Shown: piece after piece, positions 13,483-26,444 of the stretch
Layout of the letters: each line of letters begins with the position of its first letter
Position numbering within the stretch: the stretch's first letter is position 1
Source of the DNA: Paramecium tetraurelia
Lineage: Eukaryota
Assembly (NCBI GenBank): GCA_000165425.1
Contig: CT868674.1
Location: 62,001 to 126,000, forward strand
Direction: 5' to 3'
Length of the DNA: 64,000 nt
Notes under the pieces: model-generated
Database searches by the model: none
What the model saw: the letters and a program-made list of their open reading frames with translations, nothing else
What the model was told of the DNA's origin: nothing
Program-made: the position numbers and the translations under genes

Positions 13483-14010
13483 ATGAATGTAGTTATGGAA
13501 GGAGGATTGGAGGAATCCCTAGAAGATAATATTATTTATGCAATAGCTAAGGTTTTGGACGAAATTGTCTAAGAAACAGACATTATTGAGAGTCCAATTT
13601 AAACAGTCTTTCATACCAATAAAAAACCCTAAATCACAATTTATAAATATATCGAGCGTATCAAGATGTACTCTTATTGCAGCAATGAATGTTTCGTATT
13701 GGCTCTGATATATATAGACAAAGTGCAGGAGAGGAACCAGGATGTTGTTATAAATAGTCATTGCGTTCATAGGTTGATATCTAATTGTTATAACCATAGA
13801 TTTCTGTTGGCCTGCATTCTTTTGAGCATTAAATACAATGATGATGACTATTACAAGAATGATTACTACGCTCGAGTCGGAGGAGTTACGCTACAGGAGC
13901 TAAACTAGCTTGAAAGGGACCTATTAACACTGTTGGATTACTAACTATTCGTTAGTTAAACTCAATACTACTATTACAAGGAAAAATTGATGAAATATGC
14001 ATAACTATGA
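13483..14010 (+). CDS. PHO80/P-type (U-type) cyclin
   Basis: FHTNKKPQITIYKYIERIKMYSYCSNECFVLALIYIDK, VHRFLLACILLSIKYNDDDYYKNDYYARVGGVTLQELNQLE. One 27-nt intron at 13773-13799. Confidence 0.93.
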
Positions 14011-14028
14011 TTATATAAATATAATAAA

Positions 14029-14559
14029 ATGGAAATGGCTTAAAGATTGGATATCAATTCATTAGTGCATTTGAATAATTTCATATTTCTTGTCTTCTCA
14101 ATTTGCACCGATAAAATAGTGACAGAAGACTTTCAATGCAATGACCCTGAGGGAATAGGTTTTCTGCATTTTATCCTGTATGGAAACTTAATTGTGTAAA
14201 TGTCCATTTAATATCTTAGATATGGGATAATCTTCGTAATACAGTTCTTGAGTGCCTGCAATTTATTGGACACATGTACAAGGAAATTTGGAGCAGTTTG
14301 TATTACAATTAACACATTTGTCTTCTTTGGAGGAGTGATTATATTCGATGTTTTATCTATGCTCTATGGGATCAAACAACACTTCTTTTCCACCAAATCA
14401 AAATGCAGAGAAATTGAACTATTTACAATGTGTTGTGCATACATTTTTGTAGTGTGGATTAGTGTAATGATAATTGGAGCCACTAACCGCATAATTGACT
14501 ATTTTAAACCAAGAAATGACTTGATATAACCATTAAATTAGAACCCTGCAGTTTTGTGA
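14029..14559 (+). CDS. Small multi-pass (about 4 TM) membrane protein
   Basis: Four hydrophobic segments, conserved-looking Cys (FQCND, SKCRE), one 24-nt intron. Confidence 0.75.
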
Positions 14560-15387
14560 AATATTATATATTAATAACCCTGTTTGATCAAAAAACACTC
14601 AACTTAATATTGTTTATTTTAATCCCTACTCTTTTTATGATATAGTAATATTACACTGATTACATCTCTATAGGCATAAAATAAATAAATATAAATTACA
14701 TTCCATTGATGTCCCCTACGTAATTTAATTCATTCTTTACTTAACTATTGTATGTATGGACTTAAAATTGGACTTCAAATTTATTGGATGTTTGATAGTT
14801 TTATTATTATTTGTCCTCAAAATTGTTTTAGGGTAGCATATCCTATCCAATATAAGCATTTAAAAAATCTCTATTTCTGGAAGCAGATATGTCAATAATA
14901 TATTATAATTAATCGATATATAGTTGATATATTTTAAAGACTTTTTTCATTTCTCAAATTTCATAATGAGTTTCATTATAAAAGAGCCTATTTCATGACA
15001 ATTCAACAAGAATTCTATTCATTCACTAATATCTTGACTTTGAATTCTTTCAAATTAATAAATGAATGAACTTTTAATAAATAGAGTTATTATTAAATTT
15101 AGGAATTTTCACTTCAAATAATAGTTAGTCTAATATTATTTATAGATTCTTTTTGGTAAATCTTTAATTATAAAAACTATTGAATTTATATTATTTGGTT
15201 TCTATGCCCTGGAGTTGATAGAATAAAGTTCACTCCATTATATTAAGGAATATTAAGTGATAGAAACTCAATCAAAAAAACAACAGTTTAGCTGAATATC
15301 CCCATCTATTCTATTAAGAACTTCAGAATTTTCTGTGTGTGTATAAATAGTAATAAATAGGAAAGTTTATGTAAAGTATATTAAAAT

Positions 15388-16095
15388 TCAATGTTTTGCA
15401 GTTGATGGTCTACTCTTTTATTTATCTAATTGTACAAATTATGTAATTGATGTATAGTTACCTGGGCCAGGAACTAAAATAGTTGCATAGAATAGAATAA
15501 TACCTCCACTCTTTTTAGCTGCTCTAACAGCATCATCAATAAAGCACTTTCTTTTAGCACTACCAAATCGACACTTTGGTTATGTTTGTATAAGTTAGGC
15601 ATTATATTCTCCAGGTCCAGGCATAAATGTGGATTCAGTTGAGAATCTATCAGGACCTTTGTTAATAGAAATGCTTCTGTTCTTATAAATATTGGGATCA
15701 TATGCTCCAGGACCAGGCATTTCTGTTGTGTGAGGACATACTCCTACTCTCTATCCAATAGAGTAACCAATAGATTTTTGAGGACTTTATAGATAAGATC
15801 CTGGACCTGGAACATCGTTATTCTGCAAATAGGATCTGTTCTTGACCATGTTTCTACTGAGTCCAAAAGATGCACCTTTTGTATTTGAAAATGAGCTAGC
15901 TGGATCATAGTAACTTTCGGTGTAGAATTACACTTTGGTGAAATCAAACTTATTTCCATATCCGAATCCTGAAGCTCTGGTGCTTCTAAAATAATTTGGT
16001 TCATAATAGTCTGTTGAACAAGGAGTATGAAGTCTTCGAAATCTTTGAGCTTTAGGGAAGGAATATTGCACTGATGCTTAGACATGTTGAGACAT
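15388..16095 (-). CDS. SHIPPO-1/ODF3 (PGPGxY repeat) ciliary microtubule-associated protein
   Basis: Four repeats VPGPGSY, MPGPGAY, MPGPGEY, VPGPGNY, plus YSFPKAQRF and FGSAKR. Confidence 0.88.
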
Positions 16096-16127
16096 TATTT
16101 TTAATATTAAAATAAAGTGTAGCTCAA

Positions 16128-19100
16128 TCATTCTTACTAATTATTTGGGTCTCCATTGATTTAGGACATCGCTTATCTAGGAGGTCTTATAACTGTGTGT
16201 TAATTAAATTAAGTTTTTGATTTCAATACGGGATCGCTAATAAAATTCTCTTGATCTGTCTTAATTACTTGTCTAGTTATTGAAGAGTTCTAACAATATA
16301 AAAATACATACTCTGATTACGGTAGACTAGATGATGGAGTTGTTCATTTTCTGTTCGTACTTCACTTTCAGAGAATCTATTTCCTTGATCTTTTCTGTCA
16401 ATTCGCTACTCTTTTTCTGTATCATTTAATCTCTCTCATGAAGACTGTTCTACATATATTGAATTTATGATTATCTATAAATAAAATTAAAAATTACAAG
16501 CTTTGGTTTTCATTGTTGACAGTTTATAACTACTCTTTTAATTATTAATTCTGTTGTCCCAAATTGGAGATAGTTTATTATAACTATTATTATGTTTTTC
16601 TGTTATTTTCTGCTTCTTTATTGGTGGATTCACTCTGTCTCCTTTGTTTGTTCATCAGATTATAGATGTCCTCCACTTCCCTTGATTTATCTTATAGTGA
16701 TAATTCCAACAATTAAATCTACTTCTCTAAAGTTTGTGTATGAGATTTCAATTTCAAATTGCTTTATTCTAATTCCATGACTTATTACTCCAATAGATCA
16801 TATTCTGTTTTTAATTGTTCATAGTTTTCAGCTAATGAAGCATCTCTGAATTTGAACCTTAACTCTTCAATCTCATGAAGTCTCTCATCTCCAATTGTGG
16901 TCAATCTCTTTATTTCTTAACTCAATAAATGTACTCTCTATTCATAGTCCTAAATTTAATTGTTTAATTGATATTTTTGTGTTTCCCAAGACATCCTTTC
17001 TGCTTAAAATTTAGTTTCTAAGTCTCCTACTTCTAAACCATTCTTCTACATTATTGTAATTTCTGACTAATATGATTCAATTTATTAATATAGTTCCTCT
17101 ATCTCTTGCAATAAGGACTTCTATTTAATTTCCTATTCATATACTCTACTCTGTTCTTCATACAATTGATTTTTGGTTCTCTCCAATTCATTAGTCATCA
17201 CAATCATCTTGTTCTCTAAACTCTGCTCCTTCATATTATTTTCTCTTAAATGATTTTTTTTCTCTAATTCCAATGTACTAATTGTATTATGGTACTATTG
17301 GGTAGTTAATGTCAATTATTATATTTAATCATTTTACAACCTATTTTACTCCTCTGTTTTTTTAATTTAATTTGTGAAATCTTCAATAACACTCCATAAT
17401 CTATCAATTTCAGTTGCATAAATTACAATTTTCATCCTTTCCTTAACAAAATCTTCTTTCATTTAGAATCTCTCATTAGATACTCTTTGTAATTCCATCT
17501 AATAATCTTTAATTTCCTATAATAAATTGATTCTCTCTTTCTCACTTGTTTACAATTTCTATCTCTAAATTTCTAATTGACCATCAACTGTATATTATAA
17601 TTCCTAGAGATTCTATTACAACATTGAATTTTGCATTTCAACTTATTACTTTGATTATTGTAATTATCGAAACTACATGTCAAACGCTTACTTATCATTA
17701 TTAAACTTTTCAGTCAAATCTCGGATTTATTGATCAAGTACAGATCTTCTCAAATACTCTCCTTATTTCTTTAACTCATTTATCTCAATTTAATGTTTAT
17801 CCCTTATTAATTATATTTAATCATATAAATCTTTGATTTCAATATCTTTTTATTGACTTGTGAAGAATAGATCTTTATATTCTCTATTGATTTTCTCATA
17901 TTCTTAATGCAAACTCTCCTTATCCTGATTCGCTTAATTATAGTTATAAGTGGTTCTGTTTAATTCATTTGCATAATACTCGATTTATTATCTTAATTCC
18001 TAAGATCTCCTACTTTATTATTAGGATGCTTAATCTTTAATTTCCTGAATTTCTTCCTCCAATTGAGTGATTCTCATATTGAGATTATCATTGTCACTGT
18101 TCAATAGCATCGACTCCTATTAATAGTTACTTATTTCCATTTCTAATTACAATATTATATTCGATTTTTCCTCAACAATTTAGAAATGATTCTCCAACTA
18201 CTTTTAGAGTGACTCTATTTCATATTAATAATTCCTGCTCGACCTATCATTATTTCTTGTAACTAAATTTAATCTCTCAAGCTCAGTTGTTAGCATTGCG
18301 CATTTATCTTACAACTCCTAATTCCTCACTGTCCATTCTTATTAATAATATTCCTATTGCTATAGAGTATTCTAATTTTTCTCAACTTCTTAATCTAACT
18401 ATTCTTTCAACTGATTGTTTAATAATTACTATTCTTCTAATAATTAACACTGCATCTCATATTGTTCTAGCCCCTAGATCTATTATTGATAAGATTGAGT
18501 TTGTTATTACTATTCTTCAATAACACAATGCAATCTTTCAATTTCAGAACTCAATACAACAATTTTCATTCTATCTTTCTAATCTTAATCTTAATAAAAT
18601 TCCATTTCATTAATTTATTCCTCATATCTAGTTATAAATTACATCATTTCCTAGATCTTTGCTTTTAATTCATTGTTTTCATTTTGTAAATTTTTATTAA
18701 CCACTTTATTCTATTCTAAATCTTTAACTCGCATTCTCTCCATTTCTTAAGCCAACAACACACACTTGTTTTCTAATTCAATATTTTTATTCTCTAAATT
18801 TTTTATTTTTATATCAGATTGGATTCTATCCTAATTGAACTATTAAGTAATCTCTTTAATTTGAGTATCCATCAGCGACCTTTTCCAATGCTCATTGGTT
18901 TATGAATATTGAGTTAACTCTTATTAATGGCTACTTTCTATGTTATGAATTCTGTCTTTCAATGAAACAATTTCAGCATCCTTGCCTTACAGTTACATTT
19001 TCATAATATCATAATCTTAAGAGTATTCTCTAAAGTTTTTGAGATATTCATCTCTTTCCCTACAACACTCCTAATATTTTAAATTGGATTTATTGAGCTC

Positions 19101-19496
19101 TGTCATGTATTATTCAACTTGGCTCTTGAGGTCAACATTCCTTTGTTTATAATTTTGAATCTACTCCAACAATTGCTTAACCTCTAATTAATGATTCTGA
19201 TTCATCTCTTAGAATTAGGTTGTTAACATTTTGCTTTAAGCTTCTGCTTGTTTCAGGAATTCGATTTCTCTGTTCTTCTCCTCGAGTATTTTTTAAATGC
19301 CGTTTCCTTCTGAATTATTTGAGTAGTTGCTAATGTTATTCTGATAAACGATCTCAGATCTATGCTAACTTGCCTCTGTGTCCATATGCGGATATTTTGC
19401 CTTATTGGGAAGAGGGATGTTTTTATGCATCATATATTCAACTGGGGTCATTCGACCTTGATTGTTTGATTTAGGTTGAGAATTAAGTCTATTCAT
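16128..19496 (-). CDS. Large coiled-coil protein (~1,000+ aa)
   Basis: Continuous E/Q/K/L heptad-rich frame in ciliate code with recurrent ENKCVLLAQEMER / ENKMIVMTNELER-like motifs. Few introns. Confidence 0.8.
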
Positions 19497-19552
19497 AACT
19501 TAATATTTGAATTTTAAAATAATATCAGTCAGTTCATATTAATAATAAATTA

Positions 19553-19884
19553 ATGGAAAGTGCATTTATATTCGGATGTCTCTTTGGAATGGGAATCAGA
19601 ATGACTGTCAGTCGAGTAATAAGACAACCATTCCTGTACAGTAAGCAGCAATTAGAATATTAGAATGTCATCAATATCCTAAATATATGTTCTTGACTGG
19701 ACTTGCCTTTTCAGGGTTTGATTGGATTAGACGTCTCTCATTAGAAACATTGTGCGAGAAAGAGGAGTTACAAGAATTCCTAGTACGAACTGCACGCATC
19801 AACTAATTGGCAACAGGAGCAGAGTCTGTTGGAGATTACAAGAAGGAGTTTATCTAAATTGCCGTAGATGAGCACATTTATTGA
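19553..19884 (+). CDS. NDUFC2: Complex I accessory subunit NDUFC2 (B14.5b)-like
   Basis: MESAFIFGCLFGMGIR..QPFLYKCHQYPKYMFLTGLAFSGFDWIRRLSLETLC, about 102 aa, two TM helices. Resembles the ciliate NDUC2 sequence as I recall it. Confidence 0.75.
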
Positions 19885-19893
19885 TAAATCATG

Positions 19894-22050
19894 TCATAAA
19901 TCAAAATCGTCGTTGAATTCGCTATTCGGATTATTTAAACTCTCCATAAGTCCTTTGATCTTCGCAGAGTCTTTTTAATCAAGCGACATTGCACTGGCTG
20001 AAACAACTACAAAATTAACAATCCTCCATACTTCTATGCTTCTTAAATCTTCCCCAGTTTCTTATAGATTCGTCCCATTAAGATGTAGATCGCTGCTTCT
20101 TTTGGAATCAATTCTCTCAATCTCTACCATTCAAATTAAGGCCGAATTATAATCATCTATTTTTATTAATGAATTAGCCTATCATTTTATAATGGTATTT
20201 ATACTTTCTAATACTTATTTAATCCATTCTGCGGATCTAATTTTTCACTCTGTTCAAAGTATTTCAAAGCCTCAAGATGTTCTCCCTTGGCAGCATAGCT
20301 CATAGCCAAAAATGTAGGTAGAACTGGATTGTTTGAGTTTATCTTTAAGGCTTAAGTGAAACATCTGATGGCGTCATCATATTTATCAGTCTTGTAGTAC
20401 ATGTTTCCCTGTCCCCACCAAGCATTGTATTATCTTGAGTCTAAGGAAGTTGCTTTGTCATAAGATTTCTTGGCTTATTAGAAATTTTCATTTTGCGAGA
20501 ATTCATGACCCGATAAGGTATAAGCATAGGAATAGTCCTTACTCAATTAAATTGCTCTTCCGAAGAATTTAATTGAGTTGTCTATTTCCTTACTCAAACT
20601 AAAACAATTTCCAATAGCTATCCAGGTTTCAGGTGCTTGCATACTGATCTACAAACATTAATGGGCCAAGTATGTCAATTCTGATTGTTTTTTCAGATGC
20701 CATAAGCAGGATGAATAATAATCCATGCCTTCCAAGCGATTTGGCTCTATTTATCTCATTTCCTTCCAAACCTTCTCTGCATCAGCATATTTCACTTGAT
20801 CCATAAAACTCCTGGCTACTTTTTCAAGTACCCAACCTGATCTATAATGCTGTGGAGGTAGCTTTTAGAAATTAGCAATTGCTTCCACTGAATAATTTGT
20901 CCATAAGTAATAAGGATGGGCAAACAATTTCAAAAGTTAAGGCAGACTAATTAAGATCTAATAATAAAAGCATACTTGATTAAACTAGGAGATTATTAAA
21001 TTGCTACAGAGTTGACTTTTTGAATGTCATTTTTTTTTGGATTGAAATTCTTATTCTAATTTTACGAGAATTAAAAAGGTTGGCTCAATAGAGATTAATA
21101 ATTTTAGTAAACTACTCCAGGAGTTGGCACCATCTTAGCACTTATCTTCTTTTGTTGAGGTTCTACATTAGATCTAATTAACTAGTATTACATAAGAATT
21201 TCATTTAACTATTAGAAGAATCATCCATATGAACAACTGATTGCTGAACACCAGTTATTGAAAAAGGTTTGATGGTTTAGGATTATCTTTTGCCTGAAAA
21301 TTACTATTAAGCATATCGATTGTAATATTACAGAGTCATTTATTTAGACTTCATCTCTAGTTTCTTCTTCTTTCTACCCTGATTTAAAATTGGCTGTCTT
21401 ATTTTTCAATAAGTTCTGTATTATCTTATAGATATTGCAACTCTACTATCTATTAGTTTCATGTTATCTCTATTTCTGATCATTGAACACCTTGTTAATA
21501 GCGACAGATTCACCAATTTTTGATAGTCTTTCAAAGGCAACCCATAAGGTGGGATTATAATCCAATGCTCTTGAATACTAGTGTTTAGCCTCGTCAATAC
21601 GATGAAGTTATTCTTAAATTTGACCTAACAAGAGGAAACCAAAACCACCATTTGGTACGTTTTGAGTTTAAATCGAAAATTGATTGCTAAATTAGGTTCC
21701 AACTAAAGCAACTTCAGCTTCTTTATATTTTTGATTTCTGTATAAGGACACTGCATATTAATAACTAATAGCATTAAAATGTGTTCTACCGATTGAATTC
21801 TGATTTACAGTCCTTGAGAATATGACAAGCTTTATATGGCTAATTCTCTTATAAGTAGCATTCAGCCAATAGTGACCTGAACTCTTCAGTGTCTCTTTCA
21901 TAAACCAATCTTTCAGCTATTGAATAGATGCAATTAATTACCTAAAAAGGTAGCATTTTGATCCATATGATTTTGAAGAGAATCTAAAATAGCTTCAACA
22001 AGTTGTTATTCCAATTAACTTTTGAGTTGTTATCCCTCCTCTTCAATCAT
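19894..22050 (-). CDS. CDC27: Anaphase-promoting complex subunit 3 (TPR protein)
   Basis: NATFLAERL N-terminal TPRs. APETWIAIGNCFSLSKE, YSYAYTLSGHEF, RQYNAWWGQGNMYYK. Confidence 0.93.
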
Positions 22051-22093
22051 AATTTCAAAATTTGAAATATTATATATATATATTGCTTATCTC

Positions 22094-23253
22094 TCAATCC
22101 AATATCTTGGCCTTGCATCCTTTTAAGTGTACACAAAATAAAAACACTTCATTTTAAGATCTCTCCACCTTCATCTAATACTTGTTCTTGCCTTGTTCAA
22201 ACAGAAGATCACCATCAGTCGGATCAAATTTAATTAATATGACTTCCTTAGGTTCTGGAGTGAATGCCAACCCTTATTTCCAGTTTATGTTTTTATCTGA
22301 ATTGTGACACGTCCCTTTTTGAAATAGTAAAATGTATTACATCCATCAGATCTAATTAAGTAAAAGCCATGACCTACAGTTGCCAAGTCTTATTACTCAA
22401 ATCCTTTTTATTATCTCAACTTTTAGAGTGTCACTCCAACTGCAAAACTGTATGATTGTTTCTTCAATTGAGATTATCCCAATTGACTGCCTGACATTTA
22501 CTTTAAATCGGTTTCGATAGCTCTTATCTCCAATTTCGTTTCCCATCTCTTTTAAGAAGTCAACTATTATTGGATGCATGCGAATGACCATCCCATAAAT
22601 GATGCTATCATATTGAAGATATTCCAGTACTTGTTGCCTCTATTTCCTTTTTGGCTTCATCTTTGATAGCATAAATGTTGGCCTTAAATTGATCACTCCA
22701 TGTGAATTTAACATTACCCAATGTGGTAATCTGTAAATCGTATTGTTAAGCTTTCAACATTCCAATGACTTCAGTTTTCAACTTATTCATACGATCATCA
22801 ATCTGTTCCAAAATGAAACCGTATTTGGGAATCTTTTCCACTTAGAACTCTACAACAGTCTTTAACAAATCAGCTGTTATGTCTTTCAAATTTTCGGTTT
22901 TCCTCACAGTCCACACATATTCTGAAAGTTATTGTAAACTTGGCATTTTCCTATAATTTTTTCATTATCTTTCTTTAATACTTGATTTCATTAATTTCAA
23001 ACAAATCCAACTTCTCCTTTACCTCTCTGATTATCTTTGAAATGGCATCCTTGATGGCCTTTTCGTTGCTTGTAATCTTCTGAATTTTCTATAGATCTGC
23101 ATCTCCATATTTATCCAATACATAAGATTTAAACTCCTTGAATTACACCACCTTATGAGATTTGTCATTGTGTTTGGGTACGTCTGCCATCGTCAACAAC
23201 AGCCTTGACTGGGAAGCGCATTTCTCATTTATTCAAAATAAAATTTGATCCAT
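22094..23253 (-). CDS. Coiled-coil + SPRY-like domain protein; in-frame TGA at codon 7
   Basis: FAVGVT..VGHGFYLIRSDG..IKFDPTDGDLLF..FCVHL C-terminal domain, 3 tiny introns. Frame otherwise intact. True start uncertain. Confidence 0.6.
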
Positions 23254-23707
23254 TTTAAATTAATGCTTTTCCCATAATATTAAAATAACCATATATACTA
23301 TCATATCGTAAACTCAAGGCTCCCATTCTAATGCAGAGAGTGACATTCGAAGCTCCAGATTACCTCATGAATGTGTTTGTCAAGGTCGCTTTTATGATAA
23401 GGAGAAAACGGGTCTATAGTTTATGCATGTCAATTAGATTTCAAAAACGATTTAATTCCCACTTTTTTAGCGAGATTCATGTTTGATTTGTATAATTTAT
23501 TTCGTCATTATGTCTAAACCCAATTGTAATTTTTTTATAACATTTATCATTTATAATTATTATAATTACAAATTAATATTAGAATTATTGATAATATAAA
23601 TTAATTTTTACATTTGGATTTGCAAATAAAGTAATAATGATGATAAAGTTCAATTATATCCGAATGATTTGCAAAATTATTATATAATAATTATTTAATT
23701 ATCAATA

Positions 23708-24755
23708 ATGAGTCTAATCGTCAGATAAAGAGTTGGGATGCATGATGAGTCTGTCACCCACTCTATCTTATCTAAGGATATTAAAAAAAAAAGTAAGGCC
23801 CATTTTAAACTTAGAAAACTAAACCAGAAAACGTCAACCAATTAAACAACTAGTGTGCTTAGTGTCAATACCCAAACCCTTTTAAGAACATGTCTACATC
23901 AAATCAAATGTCGAACTTAAGTTGGCTCTTTCCTACATGCCTGACCATTGTCTAGGAGGTTTAAAAGAAACTCCTTGCACTTACAATTATAGAGTCTCAC
24001 GTACTGACCAATTGGATGACGTCTACTTTTATACTCTCGAATTACTCGACCAAGCCAATCATTCAATCGATCAGATTAACAATTTGTTATTTAATTAATC
24101 AGATCCACACGCCCAATTGGCTGCTAAACTAGTTCAAGAACGTCATCAAATCTTGAATGACTACACTGAATAGCCTTACATTTCCAATGAAGACCTCCTG
24201 AACGTCGAATAAATTGCTCAAGATTTCCCATACCAATGTACAATCCAAAAGGTGAACAAAGATTCCAGTTCACTCTCCCAAAGAATAGTCAACGAATAAT
24301 TCTACACCTTAATGGGAGTCAGCAGAGACATGATGCTCAACCATCTGCATGAGACTAAAACTCTCCCCTCCATTTTTGATCTTGGACCATGTCTCAAAAT
24401 GTGGTGTGATTTGTCAGCCAATTCAATCCAATCTGCTCGCACTTTTGAAACCTCAATCAACACTTACGAAGGAGCCTAATATAAATGTACAGTTGAACAA
24501 AGATAGATGTTTAAAAGAACACAAGTTAACCCAAATTAAATTGTGTTTATTGAATTTTGGCTCTTCAAAGTAGATGAACCTCTAAAATCATATCTCATGA
24601 GTCCCCAGCGCATCTATAAGAACTAAATTGATTACTTTAACAAGAAGAATACCCAATTAGAACATGAGGCATTTCTGCAATCAATGAAACAGAAAACCAC
24701 TCCTTTGTATAAAAACAAAAATCCTTGTGGTTATAAAGAATTGTCATGGATTTGA
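23708..24755 (+). CDS. Uncharacterised protein (~340 aa)
   Basis: Long open frame in ciliate code with one 22-nt intron (gtaagg..ttag). Ends PCGYKELSWI-TGA. Confidence 0.8.
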
Positions 24756-25318
24756 TAGTCAATACATTTTTTATATATTATTTTTTATTTCTTAATCTCT
24801 ATAATTTCTCAATATCTTCAAAATCTCGCCTTTGTCCTTTTACTAAAATTAAGACAATTTTGGTTACATTATTTTAAGTAATTACAAATGAGTTATTTTA
24901 TATGATTGCTCTTTATTTTAAATATTTGCTGTCACTCTTCTCATCAAAAGTAAAGTCCCTAAAGAATTGCACTGTACCTATTATCTATGCTTATTAATAT
25001 TTTTATTGGTTGATTACTTTTTTAATTATTAGAGGATAGAAAGACTGTATTTGATGAATTATGATTCTTTTGATAAGTTTAAATTGAGAAAGTAAATTAA
25101 AACTAAAATTTATGTTATATCAAAATTTAACTTAATTTCATGTAATATTACAACTATTGGATGAAAAAAATTTCTTAATTTGTTCAGAACTTATTGACAC
25201 CTCCTAAATTTAGTTACACCAACATTTTTTCAGAAAACCACGATAACAGAATTTTTAGAAGTAAATACCTCCAACTTCACTTTAAAGTTTCTTATAAATT
25301 TGATTAAAAGTTATTCTC

Positions 25319-25325
25319 AAAAAAA
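25319..25325 (-). terminator. Pol III oligo-dT terminator of tRNA-Pro
   Basis: T7 run starting 2 nt after the tRNA 3' end. Confidence 0.8.
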
Positions 25326-25326
25326 T

Positions 25327-25397
25327 GGGCTCTCCCGGGAATTGAACCCGGCTCACATGCACCCTAAGCATGCATACTACCGATATACTAGAAAGCC
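25327..25397 (-). tRNA. tRNA-Pro(AGG)
   Basis: GGCTTTC/GAGAGCC acceptor stem, anticodon arm CATGC-TTAGGGT-GCATG, T arm CCGGG-TTCAATT-CCCGG. Confidence 0.96.
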
Positions 25398-26444
25398 ATC
25401 TCTATTAAAAAATTTTAAGTTTACTTTATTAAGAAGTGAAAAAAAATACATTAAATAAATTCATAATTTTTTCCTGGTGATGATAACTTAAATTACTTCT
25501 AACCATACCGAAAATGATCATCAACTTCATGGGCATCATAATTTACTCTCTAATATTAAGAGAAAGACTTTTTATTACAAGAATTTCTATGTTTTTCTGG
25601 TCATTACTCTTAAAAATAATATATTCTTAATCTGAGACTCTATTGATGACTTTCTTAACATCATTTAAACTTTATTTTGTTGCTTCTAATTTTTAAGACT
25701 TCTGTTTTAACACTATATCTTTTATTAATTTTTTCAGTTTCAGGATTAATTAGCATTTGTTTACTTTGATATTGATATTTATAATTTTAAGCATGTTAAT
25801 CGCTCTTTTATAATTCTTATCTAAAATCAAATACATATTTCTAAATTAAGTAAATAAAAAAATATTAATTTCTAAATTATAATCTAATTCATAATTTAAA
25901 TCAGCCCTTATTGCTTTTATATGGTTTATTGAAAAATATTTTCTAATGTTCTCGCATCAATTTTGTATAGAACATATCCAAATATACATCAGTTGTAGTT
26001 TAATTTTAATTAATAAAAGGCATTTTGATACACGCTTCTCTTCTTCAAAATCAATTTTTAAATTTAATTTATGTCTAAACCTCTTTTAATCTAGCTACAA
26101 CAAGTTCTTTTAAATACTCCTCCTTATCTAGTTAGTCTTTGTTATCCAAATCATTATTCACTAAATGATTGCTCTCATCATTTTCACCATCAATTTAGTC
26201 ATCTTAATCAGACAAATATTATAAATTTATATACATTATTCTTAAACTTGCTATTAATTTCATGCAGAAATAAACAATAAATATATATAAGTTATGAATT
26301 CTTCATTTAAGTATTAAACTTAAATATTAAATCGATGTACTTTGTAAAATCATGACTATAACAAAATAACGATTCTAATGTAGAAGGGATTTAAAATAAA
26401 TACAAAATTACTTTGTTTGATTAATATACTATAAACAGAAGTAA

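Noticed and set aside
22052..22083. Inverted repeat ATTTCAAA-A-TTTGAAAT plus (TA)n before CDC27
   Set aside because: Short and almost purely A/T, which is expected by chance at this composition.
23233..23235. Selenocysteine recoding of the in-frame TGA
   Set aside because: The 3' spacer is only 43 nt of A/T sequence with no SECIS-like hairpin, and there is no redox motif.
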